A DNA stretch of 64,000 bases from Candidatus Marinacidobacterales bacterium (GCA_965224085.1 CBDCYI010000005.1:128001-192000), one strand, 5' to 3'; positions 40,582 to 50,872 are shown, counted from the first letter of the stretch. The notes: generated by a model not told the origin, from the sequence alone. Numbers and translations: made by a program.

Positions 40582-41672
40582 GGCCAGTCTTTCGAAGGAC
40601 TGACGAAGGCCCCGCCCGAGAAGAGAGCGAGCTTCCAAAACGCACTCGCCGCCGCGGGGTCGCCTTCCATGGGAAACAAGATGACGTTGATTGGGGTGGA
40701 GTCGCGGAGCTCTTTGACAGCTTCGTTGAAGAGCTTGATACGGTCCCGTCCCGATATCGTTGCACGCCGAGGTAGTCTCTGACCTTGGGTAGGGAGGCCG
40801 TCTGTCAGCAAATAAATATTGTCGGGCGCGGGCCGGAGCGATCGGATCGAAGCAAAAGCCTGATAAAGGTTCGTGCCCCCTTCGGGAACGATCCCTCGCA
40901 CCCGCACGACGGCTTCGTCGAGCGCTTCTCGGTCGCCGCCATCGAGCCACTGGGCGCCTTTGTCGGGAACCACTGAGCTCGACTTGGTATTGAAGGCATA
41001 AATCTGAAAGCGGCTTTCCGTTGGGATCTGCGTGGTGAGCCAATCCACTGTGGCGACGGTTTGCCGCCACTTTTCCGAGTTCTGCCGGATCTCGACCGTT
41101 TGGTTGCGCCGCCTCAAGACATTGACGACGGTTTCATCGATCATGCTCGCCGAGGCGTCCACGAGGATGAGGATGCGGCGGCCGCCGACTTTCAACCCCG
41201 TGAGATATTGACGGTCACCGTCGCCGACGAAGGTCCGCAAGCGATCCCCGGGGGTTTCCTCGCTTTTCGCCGCGGCGGAGAGTCGCTTGACCTCTTCCTC
41301 GAGCGTCTTGAGGTCCGTCTTTAGCTTGTTGACGTGTTCTTTCTTGGCGAGCGTCGAGTCTTCGTAAGTGGCCAGCTCCTCTTGGATGGTGGTCAGCGTC
41401 TCGAGCAGCCGGCGGGAGAGTCCCGAGGCGACGATGTCCTCCTGATCGATTTCCAGGATCGAGTTTCGAAGCTCCACGAGCTTGACGTAGCCTTCGAGGA
41501 CTTCCTCTTCGAGGCGGTTCACCTCGCCGTGAAGGTCGGCGCTCATACGGCCCGAGACGCGGCCGAAACTCGCATTGACGATCATGTAGAAGAGCACGAC
41601 GGCGCCGAAACCGCAGGTCATCGCGTCCAGAAAAGACAGGCTGAAGACGTTCAAGCGGCGGCGGCGAGCCAT
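40578..41672 (-). CDS. Membrane-anchored coiled-coil vWA protein
   Basis: RRRR...FSLSFLDAMTCGFGAVVLFYMI anchor; LVDASASM, GGTNL, LTDGLP. Confidence 0.88.
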   Translation of the reverse strand: MARRRRLNVFSLSFLDAMTCGFGAVVLFYMIVNASFGRVSGRMSADLHGEVNRLEEEVLEGYVKLVELRNSILEIDQEDIVASGLSRRLLETLTTIQEELATYEDSTLAKKEHVNKLKTDLKTLEEEVKRLSAAAKSEETPGDRLRTFVGDGDRQYLTGLKVGGRRILILVDASASMIDETVVNVLRRRNQTVEIRQNSEKWRQTVATVDWLTTQIPTESRFQIYAFNTKSSSVVPDKGAQWLDGGDREALDEAVVRVRGIVPEGGTNLYQAFASIRSLRPAPDNIYLLTDGLPTQGQRLPRRATISGRDRIKLFNEAVKELRDSTPINVILFPMEGDPAAASAFWKLALFSGGAFVSPSKDWP

Positions 41673-43090
41673 CAGCGAGCCACCTCGATGAGGTGGAGCT
41701 CGATGCCCGGAGCTCCCAGCTTTAGCCGGTCGCCCTTTTTGAGCACGGCCTGTTCGTGGATTCGTTTGTCGTTCAAGAACGTTCCGAACTTGCTGTGATC
41801 CTCCACGACCACTTGTCCGTCCACGCCGTAGATAATGCAGTGATCGCGCGAGATGCCGCTGGTCTCACCCGCGAGATTGATACCTCGCTTCCCGTCCGGA
41901 ATGGAGACGCCGAGAAAAAAGGGTTCGCTCTTGAGTGCGTAGGCCACGCCGTCGTGCAGAATGTGCGTCGGTGGATCACCCGCGCGCGCGTTCTCCGCGA
42001 TCGGCGCGCCGCTCGTAGCGACGCTCGCGTCAGCTTTAGCGCCGAGCGCTAAGGTCGTTAGAAAAGTGAGCGCGTCGTCTTTGGTGGATGGGGTGGATGG
42101 GGTGGATGGGGTGGATGGAGCGAGCCGTTCATAGAGAAGCGCGCCCGACGCGGCCGCGGTGGCCGGAAGCACGATGATGTTCTCAGAGACGTCGCGGGCG
42201 AGTTTTTCGACGAGGCCGGGTAGCGCGGCAAGCCGGTTCGCGATCAAGAGCATCGCGGGCTCGTCTGGAGGCATCGACATTGCCGCAAGCGACGTGATGG
42301 GCTTGTAATAGGGAAGCGCGGCATCGACGATTTGCTGTCTCGGAAGCTCGATGACACGCCCCTTTCCGGCCGATTCCATCTGGAGCGTTGCGACGTCTTC
42401 GTCGTAGAGCGCGTCGAGCCATCCCGGGAGCGCGTCGTAGAGCTTCTGCTCGCTCTCGGCCGAGTGGAGCGGGTCGAAGCGCGTCTGTCGAACGAAGGAT
42501 TGCGCGACGAGTGTGGCCCACGCGTCTTGGAGCGGAACGAGTCCGACATCCTCGTTGACGACGGTGTTCTCGCGGACGAGCTTCTCGTCGCGGAAGATGC
42601 TGGTTGCCGAAACGCGATGGAGGTGCAGATCGAGGTGGACAAGAGCGCGACCCTCGGTTACGCCCGCGGCGGCCGCGAGTGCTGCGTCCATCATGCACCC
42701 GACGGCGATCCCGATCGCTCGCGCCATCCCGAGGATCAAACCCAGCTGGTCCAAGGAGTACCAGCCGGGGACGGCTAGCACGGCACGATCCCTGTCGGAG
42801 CCTTCGGCTTCGTCCCACAGGTGGCTCAGATGCGCATGAGCTAGATCAGCTCGGCTCAGCTGGCTCGGAAATGGCCGCGAAAGGGGAGTCGTATCGAGAG
42901 CGTCCCAAAACCGTGTATGGGTAAAACGTGGCGTGAGGCGTAATCGCGACCGCGCTTTTCTGCCGGTGAAGATGGCATCGCCGTCGACGACGGCAATGCC
43001 CGGGCTCTCGGGCAGCGCCAGCACTTTCGGTGCGCTGTCACGCACGGCAACAATGCCGGCGTCGTTGAGCTCGAGTGCGAGAGCCGCCAT
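41672..43090 (-). CDS. Actin/Hsp70-like fold protein with C-terminal FHA domain
   Basis: LALELNDAG, PESPGIA, LAVPG, DAALAAA, VHLDLHL; FHA ISRDHC...SKFGTFLN. Confidence 0.75.
   Translation of the reverse strand: MAALALELNDAGIVAVRDSAPKVLALPESPGIAVVDGDAIFTGRKARSRLRLTPRFTHTRFWDALDTTPLSRPFPSQLSRADLAHAHLSHLWDEAEGSDRDRAVLAVPGWYSLDQLGLILGMARAIGIAVGCMMDAALAAAAGVTEGRALVHLDLHLHRVSATSIFRDEKLVRENTVVNEDVGLVPLQDAWATLVAQSFVRQTRFDPLHSAESEQKLYDALPGWLDALYDEDVATLQMESAGKGRVIELPRQQIVDAALPYYKPITSLAAMSMPPDEPAMLLIANRLAALPGLVEKLARDVSENIIVLPATAAASGALLYERLAPSTPSTPSTPSTKDDALTFLTTLALGAKADASVATSGAPIAENARAGDPPTHILHDGVAYALKSEPFFLGVSIPDGKRGINLAGETSGISRDHCIIYGVDGQVVVEDHSKFGTFLNDKRIHEQAVLKKGDRLKLGAPGIELHLIEVAR
42083..42118. 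repeat. 9-bp tandem repeat x4 (PST linker)
   Basis: ggtggatgg x4. Confidence 0.95.
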
Positions 43091-43098
43091 CCCGCCCT

Positions 43099-43896
43099 TC
43101 AGGGGACTTGCAGATGCTGGATGAGGTGGTCGTCGAGATACGTCTCGGTATCGAGCACCAGGCGCTCTTGATGCAGCTGTAGCTGATGCAGAAGGAACAT
43201 CAACACGATCGAGATGAGCAGCGCTATGAACGTCGAGTTGAACGCGACGCCAAGACTCTGCGTCACGCCGGCGATATCGCCTTCGACCGCTTTGTGCGCT
43301 TGTCCGAGAGCATCGCCGATCCCGCGCACCGTGCCGATGAACCCGATCGACGGGATAGCCCAGGCGATGTAGCGGACCATCGACAGCTCGGACTCGAGTC
43401 GCTCCGATTCGCTGGCACAGACTCCATGCGCCGTCGTCGACACGTCCTGGATGTTCCCTGTCGCGCGAAATCGGTGAAGCGCCGCGAGCAGCGAGCGCGG
43501 CAGCAAGAAACTTTGCTCGCCGGCCGGAAGCGATTGGATTTGCCGTGCATATTCTCGGGCGTCTTCCGGCAGGATCCGCGTCCCTTCACTGACGGGTACG
43601 AGATCCGTTTCCAAAAGGCGATTTTCTTTCACGGCGATGACGCCTTTATACGCCATGATGGCGATAGCCCAGATCATGAGCACGAAACAAGCTTCTTGCT
43701 CGAAATCACGAATGATGACCCAGACCGAGCGCTCTTGAGCATAGGCAGGGTCGATCTCCATCATGGCGCGCTGCTCGCCAAGAACGATCTCGGCCTTTGG
43801 CCGCACGACGAGCACGTAGACGGCATGCACTACGATGAAGGCGATGATGAGAGACAGCGCCTGATAGACGAACTCGACCGGGTAGGACTTCTTCAT
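43099..43896 (-). CDS. MotA/TolQ/ExbB proton channel family protein
   Basis: AIPSIGFIGTVRGI and GVAFNSTFIAL TM motifs. Confidence 0.9.
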   Translation of the reverse strand: MKKSYPVEFVYQALSLIIAFIVVHAVYVLVVRPKAEIVLGEQRAMMEIDPAYAQERSVWVIIRDFEQEACFVLMIWAIAIMAYKGVIAVKENRLLETDLVPVSEGTRILPEDAREYARQIQSLPAGEQSFLLPRSLLAALHRFRATGNIQDVSTTAHGVCASESERLESELSMVRYIAWAIPSIGFIGTVRGIGDALGQAHKAVEGDIAGVTQSLGVAFNSTFIALLISIVLMFLLHQLQLHQERLVLDTETYLDDHLIQHLQVP

Positions 43897-44088
43897 TTAG
43901 ATGTCCACGGGAAAGGAGACGGAGCTGCCTGCGGGAACTCTCTCCGATGGGATGAAATCTTCGTCCTTGGTTTTTTGGCGTTCTTGCACCGGCGGCGCGC
44001 CCGCCGGCTCGATGGTTGCCACAGCACTTCCCACGAAAGCGCCACTCAAGAAGAGCGCGATACTCAGAGAATAGATAATCCACTTCAT
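43897..44088 (-). CDS. Small secreted protein
   Basis: 63 aa, signal peptide, ends FIPSERVPAGSSVSFPVDI; abuts both neighbours. Confidence 0.7.
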   Translation of the reverse strand: MKWIIYSLSIALFLSGAFVGSAVATIEPAGAPPVQERQKTKDEDFIPSERVPAGSSVSFPVDI

Positions 44089-44092
44089 GGCT

Positions 44093-46531
44093 TTACTCCA
44101 GATATCTCGCGATCCGAAACCCCACATCGGATCGCGCTTTGTTTCCATAATCGCGAAAGCTCAGACGAAGCTGGGTGACGGTTCCGTGTAAGAAGCTCCC
44201 TCCACGGATCACGTGGAACTCACCCTCGGCGGGACCCATCGGGTCCTGCAGAACGTTCCGGCGCCCGGATGCATAGATCGTATACAAGTCGTGAACCCAT
44301 TCCGCAACGTTGCCGCCGAGGTTGTACATGCTGAGAGGGTTGGCGTCGAAGCTTTTCGAGGGAGCGGTCCCGGGGAAGCCGTCGGTATAGCTCGGTACCG
44401 TGGTCAGAACGAGCCCCTTTGCGGTGGCATCCGCAAAGTTCCCCGCGCCCGCTGGAACCGGAAGTGAGTTGCCCCAGGAATATTTGAGCTTCTCGCCCTC
44501 GGGGTATCGAGCAACGAGAGCCCACTCCGCTTCGGTCGGGAGGCGGTAGCCCGTCGTGGGCGCGTTCGCGGGCCCGAGCTTACCGCCCACGTTGACATAG
44601 GCGGGCGGAAGGGATTCCTGCTCGCTCAGCCAATTGCAGTACGCGGCTGCGTCTTGCCACGTCACCTTCACCACCGGGTGGTGATCGATTTCGAGGTTGT
44701 GCCCTTGGACGGCGCCCGATCGGTGGCCGGCGCGAAACTCGCGAAACTCGCGATTCGTGACTTCCGTCGTGGCCACGTAGAACGCGCGCGTGAGCTCCAC
44801 CGTGCGAAGCGCTTCATTGGCACGACGGCCCGGCTCGCGGCGTGATGCTCCCATCTCGAACCGTTTGGGCTTTATGAGGCGAAGCTCTTGACCTTGGGAC
44901 GTCTGGATCACGGGCAAGATCGACGCGGCTTTGATCTCGGCTAGCGTCTTCAATTGGACTTCGATCGTCTGCGGGAAACCTGGCCGCGGTGTGACCTCGG
45001 TGGCGAAGCCCTCATAGAGATCTTTCTTGATCTCGATTCGATGCGGCGCTGCGGGGAGCTTCAAGGTCTGGTGCGCCGGGCCGTGCGCTTCACCATTCAC
45101 GAAGAGATTGGCGTCAGGCGGGTCCACGACGAGCTCGATCTCGCCGATCAGGGGCTCGAGCGTGACGGTGATGGTCTGGCTCCGCGAAGAACTTACCGAT
45201 ATTTCACGGTTGACGGACTCGTAGCCCGCGCGTGACAGCTCCAGCTGATGGTCCTTGTTGGGCGGGAGATCTAGCTCCAGAGGTGTTTGCCCGGCATATT
45301 CGCCATCGACGGTGACGTTCACAGCGCCCGGGACGCTGAGCACAACGAGATTGCCGTCGACGAGCTCGAGCGGCACCGGGCCGACCGTCTTCGCCGTTTT
45401 CGAAACGACGTGCACCCGGCCTCGATAAGGTTTATGGCCGTTGAGAATGACGTCGTAGTTGTGCGTGCCCTCGAGTAGATTGGCGTCGACGGGTGTCGGA
45501 CCGTAGGTTGTGCCGGCGACACGGATCATCGCACCTTTTGGCTCCGAGGTGAACGTGACGGAGCCCCAAGCGGGCTCGAGCGTGGCTTCGAGCTCGACGA
45601 TGGTGCCTTTTCCCTCCATCGTGACCGTCTCGACGAAGTCATGGTGCAGATCGGCTCGAATGACAACCGTGTACTCACCCCGCTCGAGCTCGAGCGGCTC
45701 GAGGGGCGTGACGCCGACTTCTTCGCCGTCGATCAAAACGACAGCTCCTTCCTCTGGTGACGTCGTCAGAACGAGCTGCCCCGACAATTGCTTCAAGAAA
45801 AAGGAGACTTCCTGATTTCGATCGGAACCGACGGTGAACGTCGTCTCTAAATGACGATAGCCTTCTTTCTCGGCAATCATCGTATACGCGCCGGGATGGG
45901 CGAAAAAGCGGTCGCCTATTTGGAGAGCGAAGGGCGGCCCTTCCACACGGTAGGTGTCGGGAGCCGGGTCGAACTCGAAGGCGACCGAACGCGCGCCAAA
46001 AAGCGCCCAGGCCACCGAGCCGAGAAGAAGGACGAGTACCCAGAAGACGATCGCCCCCGCCCGCACGCGAGGCCGTCGTCGACGCGCTTCGGCGATCGGC
46101 GTCGGCGTGAACGCGACCGGGCTAATGGTCTCTCCCGAGCTCTTCGGTGCGGTCGCGGTGGTGTCAGTGGTATTCGTGGGGCCGACGATGATGGGAGGAT
46201 CGGTCTTTTTGTCCTCGATGTTGTTGAGACAAAACTTGAAGTCGCCACCTTGCGCTTCGATCTCGATGCGGGCCCCGCCGATGGCGATGACATCGCGGTC
46301 GCGGAGCCATTGCGACGTCTTCACGGGAGTGCCGTTGACCCTGACGTTTCCGGATGCGGCTTGCACGAAGACCTCGTCGCTCGATAAACCGAGATGAGCG
46401 AGCGGCTCTTCAGTTTGAGGGCCAAAAACGGGGATATCGGCGTCGGGCCCGCCAACGGATAACGGGAAAGCGCTCGCCTCGACGCGACGCCGCGTGCCGT
46501 TCGCCTCACGTATAACGAAGCGCCAGCTCAA
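44093..46531 (-). CDS. FHA-like / TM / PEGA repeats / SUMF1 (FGE-sulfatase) domain protein
   Basis: N-terminal FHA-like region; PEGA repeats (GVTPL, GPTPV, GQTPL); FEMG, EVTN, RLPTEAEW, GNVAEW, RGGS, GFR. Confidence 0.88.
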   Translation of the reverse strand: MSWRFVIREANGTRRRVEASAFPLSVGGPDADIPVFGPQTEEPLAHLGLSSDEVFVQAASGNVRVNGTPVKTSQWLRDRDVIAIGGARIEIEAQGGDFKFCLNNIEDKKTDPPIIVGPTNTTDTTATAPKSSGETISPVAFTPTPIAEARRRRPRVRAGAIVFWVLVLLLGSVAWALFGARSVAFEFDPAPDTYRVEGPPFALQIGDRFFAHPGAYTMIAEKEGYRHLETTFTVGSDRNQEVSFFLKQLSGQLVLTTSPEEGAVVLIDGEEVGVTPLEPLELERGEYTVVIRADLHHDFVETVTMEGKGTIVELEATLEPAWGSVTFTSEPKGAMIRVAGTTYGPTPVDANLLEGTHNYDVILNGHKPYRGRVHVVSKTAKTVGPVPLELVDGNLVVLSVPGAVNVTVDGEYAGQTPLELDLPPNKDHQLELSRAGYESVNREISVSSSRSQTITVTLEPLIGEIELVVDPPDANLFVNGEAHGPAHQTLKLPAAPHRIEIKKDLYEGFATEVTPRPGFPQTIEVQLKTLAEIKAASILPVIQTSQGQELRLIKPKRFEMGASRREPGRRANEALRTVELTRAFYVATTEVTNREFREFRAGHRSGAVQGHNLEIDHHPVVKVTWQDAAAYCNWLSEQESLPPAYVNVGGKLGPANAPTTGYRLPTEAEWALVARYPEGEKLKYSWGNSLPVPAGAGNFADATAKGLVLTTVPSYTDGFPGTAPSKSFDANPLSMYNLGGNVAEWVHDLYTIYASGRRNVLQDPMGPAEGEFHVIRGGSFLHGTVTQLRLSFRDYGNKARSDVGFRIARYLE

Positions 46532-48780
46532 ATCTCCTCCTCGCAGCGCACGAGTAGAGGCTCGGGTGGTGCCGTGGCTTCGACGACGAGCCGGAGCCTT
46601 ACGTCGCGGTAGCCCAGGCGTGTTCCGACCACCGTGTAGGTTCCGGGCCGCAAGATGAGGGAGTGACGGTCGAACTTTCCGAGCGTTCCGACTTTGTAGA
46701 CGACGACCTCGGTCTTTTTGTCGGAGAGCAGATAGACTTGTACGGGCGTCGAATATTCGCGCACGAGCGCATCGAGCCGCTCGATCTGGCCTGCGAGCCG
46801 GGGACCTTTGTCCGCGATTTCCATCGCCCGCTGAAGCGACGCGGAGGCTTCATCGAGCACTTTGGCCTCCGAGAGCCGTGCCGGGTTTTTTATGTGGAAC
46901 GAGAGCTCGGACGAGAGCTCGGCTCGGTCCTCGGCGCGTGCCTTGCCCGCCTGTGCGAAGCGGATGGTCGCATCCACGTCCAACACGGCTTGATAATGTT
47001 GGGCCGCGGAGCGCCACGCTTCGTGGGTCTCGAAGCCGCGTGCTTTCTCGCGATTCTCGGCGATCTTGGCGAGCCGTTCACCTTGTGCGACCGCCAGAAG
47101 CCCGCTCGTGACGTCTGGCGCGTCCGGTTTGATGGCGCGGGCGCGCTCGAAGGCCTCCCGCGAACGCGGGAAGTCTCGTGCGTTCAAGGCCGCCACCGCC
47201 TCGGACATCGCGGCGGTGAACACCTGCTCCGAAGAGTGCTGGTCGATGCGGGCCAAGCCTTGCTGGGCGGCCGTCGTGAGCGGGTCGAGCGACACGGCTT
47301 TGCGGTAGCGCTCGGCGGCGCCGTCCGAATCACCTCTAGCCTCGAGTTCCTCCGCGCGCGTTATGAGCGTGCGAACTTCGTCGAGGACGCGGCTGCGCTC
47401 GAGTCCCTTGCGGGCGGCGCTTCCGCCCGGTTGGACCTGGAGGGCGAGCGCGAACGCCTCGGCGGCTTCAGTGCTTCTTCCTGCCGCGAGCGCCTCGCGT
47501 CCACGGGCGAGCGCTTCTTTGGCGACTCCGCTAGCAAGACCTCGCACGGTGTTCCAGTGCGTGAGCGCCTCTTCATAGCTCGTCTCGGCGCGCGCGAACT
47601 CGCGGCGCCGCATTTGCTCGCCACCGGCCGTCATGGCCTCGACGCCGAGGCGATAATCTGCGCCACCCCAAATCTGCGCTTGTCTCGCCTCGAGCGAATC
47701 GCGTGCGCTCGTAGCGCGTTGTTGTGCTTGCTCCGCCAGCGCCTTGCCTTCGGCGAGGGTTTCTAGGTCGGTGGTCTCGACCGCTGGCACGGCTCGTGCG
47801 GCCGGCTCCGATTCTGTTAAGGGCGGGGCGGTGTCGACGGCAAAGCGCGGGAGCACGAAGAACACGACACCCGCAAGTGCTACGAGCACCGCGAAGGCGG
47901 TGAGCGTCTTGAAGCCCATCCCGCCGCCGGAATCTTCACGTCGCTTCACGCGAGCCGCTGGTGTAGGCGGTTTCGCCGCATCGAACGCGATCGCCTCGAT
48001 CTTCTTCGCCACAAGCGGAGGCGGCGTCAGTTTGACCGCGGGCGTTTCGGTGATCTCTCGCCGAATCTCTTCGAGGCTCGCCTGGATCGACCGCATGTCG
48101 GTTGGGCGGTGGCGCGGATCCCAGTTGGTCGTGGTACTCAAAAGTGCTTCGAGCTTGGAAGGGAGCTTTTCGCCGCTCGTCAAGTCGCGCACGAGCATGC
48201 CGAAGGCGTAGATATCGTCGGTGGGTGATGGCGTTTCGCCGGCGAGCTGCTGCGGGCTCGCTGTTCCTTCCGAGCCGCCGCCTCTGATCTCGAGCACGCC
48301 CGGTTTCCGATCGATAACGCCAGCAATCCCGAAATCGAGAAGCTTCGGTTCGCTCGAAGGGTCGATCAAGATGTTCGAGGCTTTGAGATCGCGGTGCACG
48401 ATCCCCTGAGCGTGCGCATAGGCGAGCGCATCGGCGACGGAGATGAGCGGCGCGAGAACCTCCTTCAGTGGACGCCCGCGCAAACAGCCGATGTTCCCGC
48501 CTTCGACATAAGCCATCGTGATGAAACTGGTACCGGAGCCGCGATGAAAATCGTAGACCGGCACGATGTTTTTGTGGACGAGCTTGCGTGCGTGGCGGCA
48601 CTCGCGTCGCAAAAGCGTGAGCGCATCTTCGGAGGCGCCTTTGGGGATGACTTTCGCCACCACGCGATCCTCGAGCTCACGATCGTCTGCTAGCCACACT
48701 TCGCCCATACCTCCTTTGCCGAGTGGACGGATGAGTTGAAAGCGCTCCCCGAGCAACTGACCGCGAGCCAGACTCGTCAT
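46528..48780 (-). CDS. Hanks-type Ser/Thr kinase with TM and TPR-like extracytoplasmic region
   Basis: LGKGGMGEV, VAKV, HRDLKASN, DFG; TM; helical repeats. Confidence 0.9.
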   Translation of the reverse strand: MTSLARGQLLGERFQLIRPLGKGGMGEVWLADDRELEDRVVAKVIPKGASEDALTLLRRECRHARKLVHKNIVPVYDFHRGSGTSFITMAYVEGGNIGCLRGRPLKEVLAPLISVADALAYAHAQGIVHRDLKASNILIDPSSEPKLLDFGIAGVIDRKPGVLEIRGGGSEGTASPQQLAGETPSPTDDIYAFGMLVRDLTSGEKLPSKLEALLSTTTNWDPRHRPTDMRSIQASLEEIRREITETPAVKLTPPPLVAKKIEAIAFDAAKPPTPAARVKRREDSGGGMGFKTLTAFAVLVALAGVVFFVLPRFAVDTAPPLTESEPAARAVPAVETTDLETLAEGKALAEQAQQRATSARDSLEARQAQIWGGADYRLGVEAMTAGGEQMRRREFARAETSYEEALTHWNTVRGLASGVAKEALARGREALAAGRSTEAAEAFALALQVQPGGSAARKGLERSRVLDEVRTLITRAEELEARGDSDGAAERYRKAVSLDPLTTAAQQGLARIDQHSSEQVFTAAMSEAVAALNARDFPRSREAFERARAIKPDAPDVTSGLLAVAQGERLAKIAENREKARGFETHEAWRSAAQHYQAVLDVDATIRFAQAGKARAEDRAELSSELSFHIKNPARLSEAKVLDEASASLQRAMEIADKGPRLAGQIERLDALVREYSTPVQVYLLSDKKTEVVVYKVGTLGKFDRHSLILRPGTYTVVGTRLGYRDVRLRLVVEATAPPEPLLVRCEEEI

Positions 48781-48799
48781 GGCACGGCCATTCGGACGC

Positions 48800-50041
48800 T
48801 TAGTTCTTGGATGGACCCCCAGACGCCGGAATGGGTGCGGCGTTCGGGTCCAAAGGCAGCCCCGTCTCGGCTGCAAACATTTGACGGAGAATCTCGCGCC
48901 ACGTGTCGTATTGGGTAGAAACGGAACCTGTGAGTCGCAGCACTTCGCCTTCGACGTCAATCAAGATGGGGGCGACTTCCGAGTCGAAGGACGCTGCGAG
49001 CTCGCGAAGCGCCTCCCGATGCATTTTCGCCTCTTCGGACTTTTGGAATCCATCGTTCAGGACCGCCATCCCGCCCAAGATCCCGACTTGTCCGACGCCC
49101 TGACCTGCACGTCCGCCGCGGGTTGCGGCGATAACGCCACCGATGATGGCGGCCCCGCCGAGGATTTTTTCCAAGCGGCCTTGTTTGGTGAGCTTCTCAT
49201 AGGCGAGCCGCTCTTCATAAGCGTAGCTGCGCCAGCTGTCATAAGCGGGATCGATTTGTGCGTGGAAGTCGGCGTAATACTCGTTCAACGTGTCGACGAA
49301 CATGAAGTCGCGCTCGCGGATATCGGCGAGGTGCGACATCATCGGATCCTCATAGGACGGGAGCTTTTCGATCTTGTACTTATTCTTCTTGACTTCGAGA
49401 TAGTGGCCAAAGGCGATGGGCGCGAGGTAGTTTGCGAAACGCAGCTCAGCTACCCGGCGCACTTCCTGTACGTCTTCTTCATCGAGCTTTTGGGCCACTT
49501 TCAGAAGATCGTTCGCGATTTCGTTGTAGAGGCTTTGAAACGGCTCGCGGTCGGTCTCGGTATCTTTGTAGACGATAGGATTGGCCTCGCCTTTGTACCT
49601 ACGGTCGAACCACTTTTTTCCGCGCGCGTCTACGACGATGAGATCGATTTCGAGGTCCTTCCCGTTGGACTTGTGGATAGTCCCACCGATCCGCAGATCG
49701 ACGACATGCGATGCGGGAACGATGCGCACGGCGCCCCAATAGCCGGACATCTCGAGCGTCTGTTTGAGGCGCATCGGAAAATAGCGCGCTTCCGACTTGC
49801 GGACGTCGGCATAGACACCTTTTTCTTCGAGCATGTAGCGCTCGTACTCGTCGTTGGGGAGACCCGGGTCGAAGAGCTGGATGCCGACATCGAGGAGCGA
49901 TTCTTCCGGCACTTCGGACTGCGCCAAGACGAGCTCGACGGGTTTGTCGTCGAGCGCCCACGACGGTGTCGCAAGCGCTAGGCCGAGGATGCCTAGGAGA
50001 AGGGTCGCTCCTGATCCGCGAGTCGGCGCTTTTCTAGTCAT
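48800..50041 (-). CDS. Secreted hypothetical protein with a C-terminal glycine-zipper-like segment
   Basis: Signal ending SWA; ILGGAAIIGGVIAA...GVGQVGILGG. Confidence 0.8.
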   Translation of the reverse strand: MTRKAPTRGSGATLLLGILGLALATPSWALDDKPVELVLAQSEVPEESLLDVGIQLFDPGLPNDEYERYMLEEKGVYADVRKSEARYFPMRLKQTLEMSGYWGAVRIVPASHVVDLRIGGTIHKSNGKDLEIDLIVVDARGKKWFDRRYKGEANPIVYKDTETDREPFQSLYNEIANDLLKVAQKLDEEDVQEVRRVAELRFANYLAPIAFGHYLEVKKNKYKIEKLPSYEDPMMSHLADIRERDFMFVDTLNEYYADFHAQIDPAYDSWRSYAYEERLAYEKLTKQGRLEKILGGAAIIGGVIAATRGGRAGQGVGQVGILGGMAVLNDGFQKSEEAKMHREALRELAASFDSEVAPILIDVEGEVLRLTGSVSTQYDTWREILRQMFAAETGLPLDPNAAPIPASGGPSKN

Positions 50042-50059
50042 GTCTGTCTCCCCACGCAA

Positions 50060-50872
50060 CTACTTCTTCGTCGCGCTCTTGTAAGCACGATACTCCTCCC
50101 AGAGCTTCTCTCGAAGCACGGGGTCGCTCTCACTCATTGCAGCTTCACGAAGCTGTTTGGCGACGATGTCGTCGTCGCGTCCGTCGCCTACGTCTTCGGG
50201 AACGGGTGGCGCTTGTGTATCGTCCCCGGCGGGCGCGCTCTCGACGCGGGCGCCGCTCTCATTCGTCGGCGGCTCTTCGGGCGCATCGGGCGATCCGCCC
50301 GTGCCACCCGCCATTTGTGCCGAGCGACGCGACTCCAACTCGTCTTCACTCGTACCTTCGCCAGCGTCTTCCCCGCCGCCACCACCGCCCGCGGCGGCTG
50401 CGGCTTCGCGCCGGCCTTCGAGGAGCTCTTGCTCCTTCAAGATCAAACCGTCGAACTCGCGCAAGGATTTGTCGAGCTCGCCGTCCAAACCGGCGCGCTG
50501 TTCATCCGACGTCCGCGCTCCTGGCGGTGAGCCGCCTGCCGTGACCGCCGTTGTACTCGCCGCCTCGCCTGCTTCTTCGCCGGCTGGGCCTTCTTCGCCG
50601 GCTTCGCTGTCACTCTCGTTGCTTTCGGAAGCGGCGCTGGCCTCCGTCGTGGGGGTACTCTCGCTGCCGCTGACCGGTGTCGGAGTGGGAGCTTCGGATG
50701 TTACAGAAGGCTCTGAAGGAGGTTTGGGCGGCTCGGGAACCGATGGCATCGAGGACTGACTTGCGGAACAACCGATCAAGGCGATCGAGGCAACCAAGAG
50801 TGGTATCAGCTTCCACGGCGCCAAGTTTCTTGCCAAGCGTTCCAGCATGGTCATCCGATGGGCGTTAGACAT
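50060..50872 (-). CDS. Low-complexity acidic lipoprotein
   Basis: Lipobox LIGC; ends DDDIVAKQLREAA...LWEEYRAYK; start is an estimate. Confidence 0.75.
   Translation of the reverse strand: MSNAHRMTMLERLARNLAPWKLIPLLVASIALIGCSASQSSMPSVPEPPKPPSEPSVTSEAPTPTPVSGSESTPTTEASAASESNESDSEAGEEGPAGEEAGEAASTTAVTAGGSPPGARTSDEQRAGLDGELDKSLREFDGLILKEQELLEGRREAAAAAGGGGGGEDAGEGTSEDELESRRSAQMAGGTGGSPDAPEEPPTNESGARVESAPAGDDTQAPPVPEDVGDGRDDDIVAKQLREAAMSESDPVLREKLWEEYRAYKSATKK

Noticed and set aside
42083-42118. CRISPR-like or contingency repeat
   Set aside because: In-frame 9-bp microsatellite encoding a PST linker; no spacers or cas genes
43099-43896. Zorya ZorA or flagellar MotA assignment
   Set aside because: No ZorA tail, no OmpA-domain ZorB/MotB partner, and no flagellar or ZorC/D/E genes
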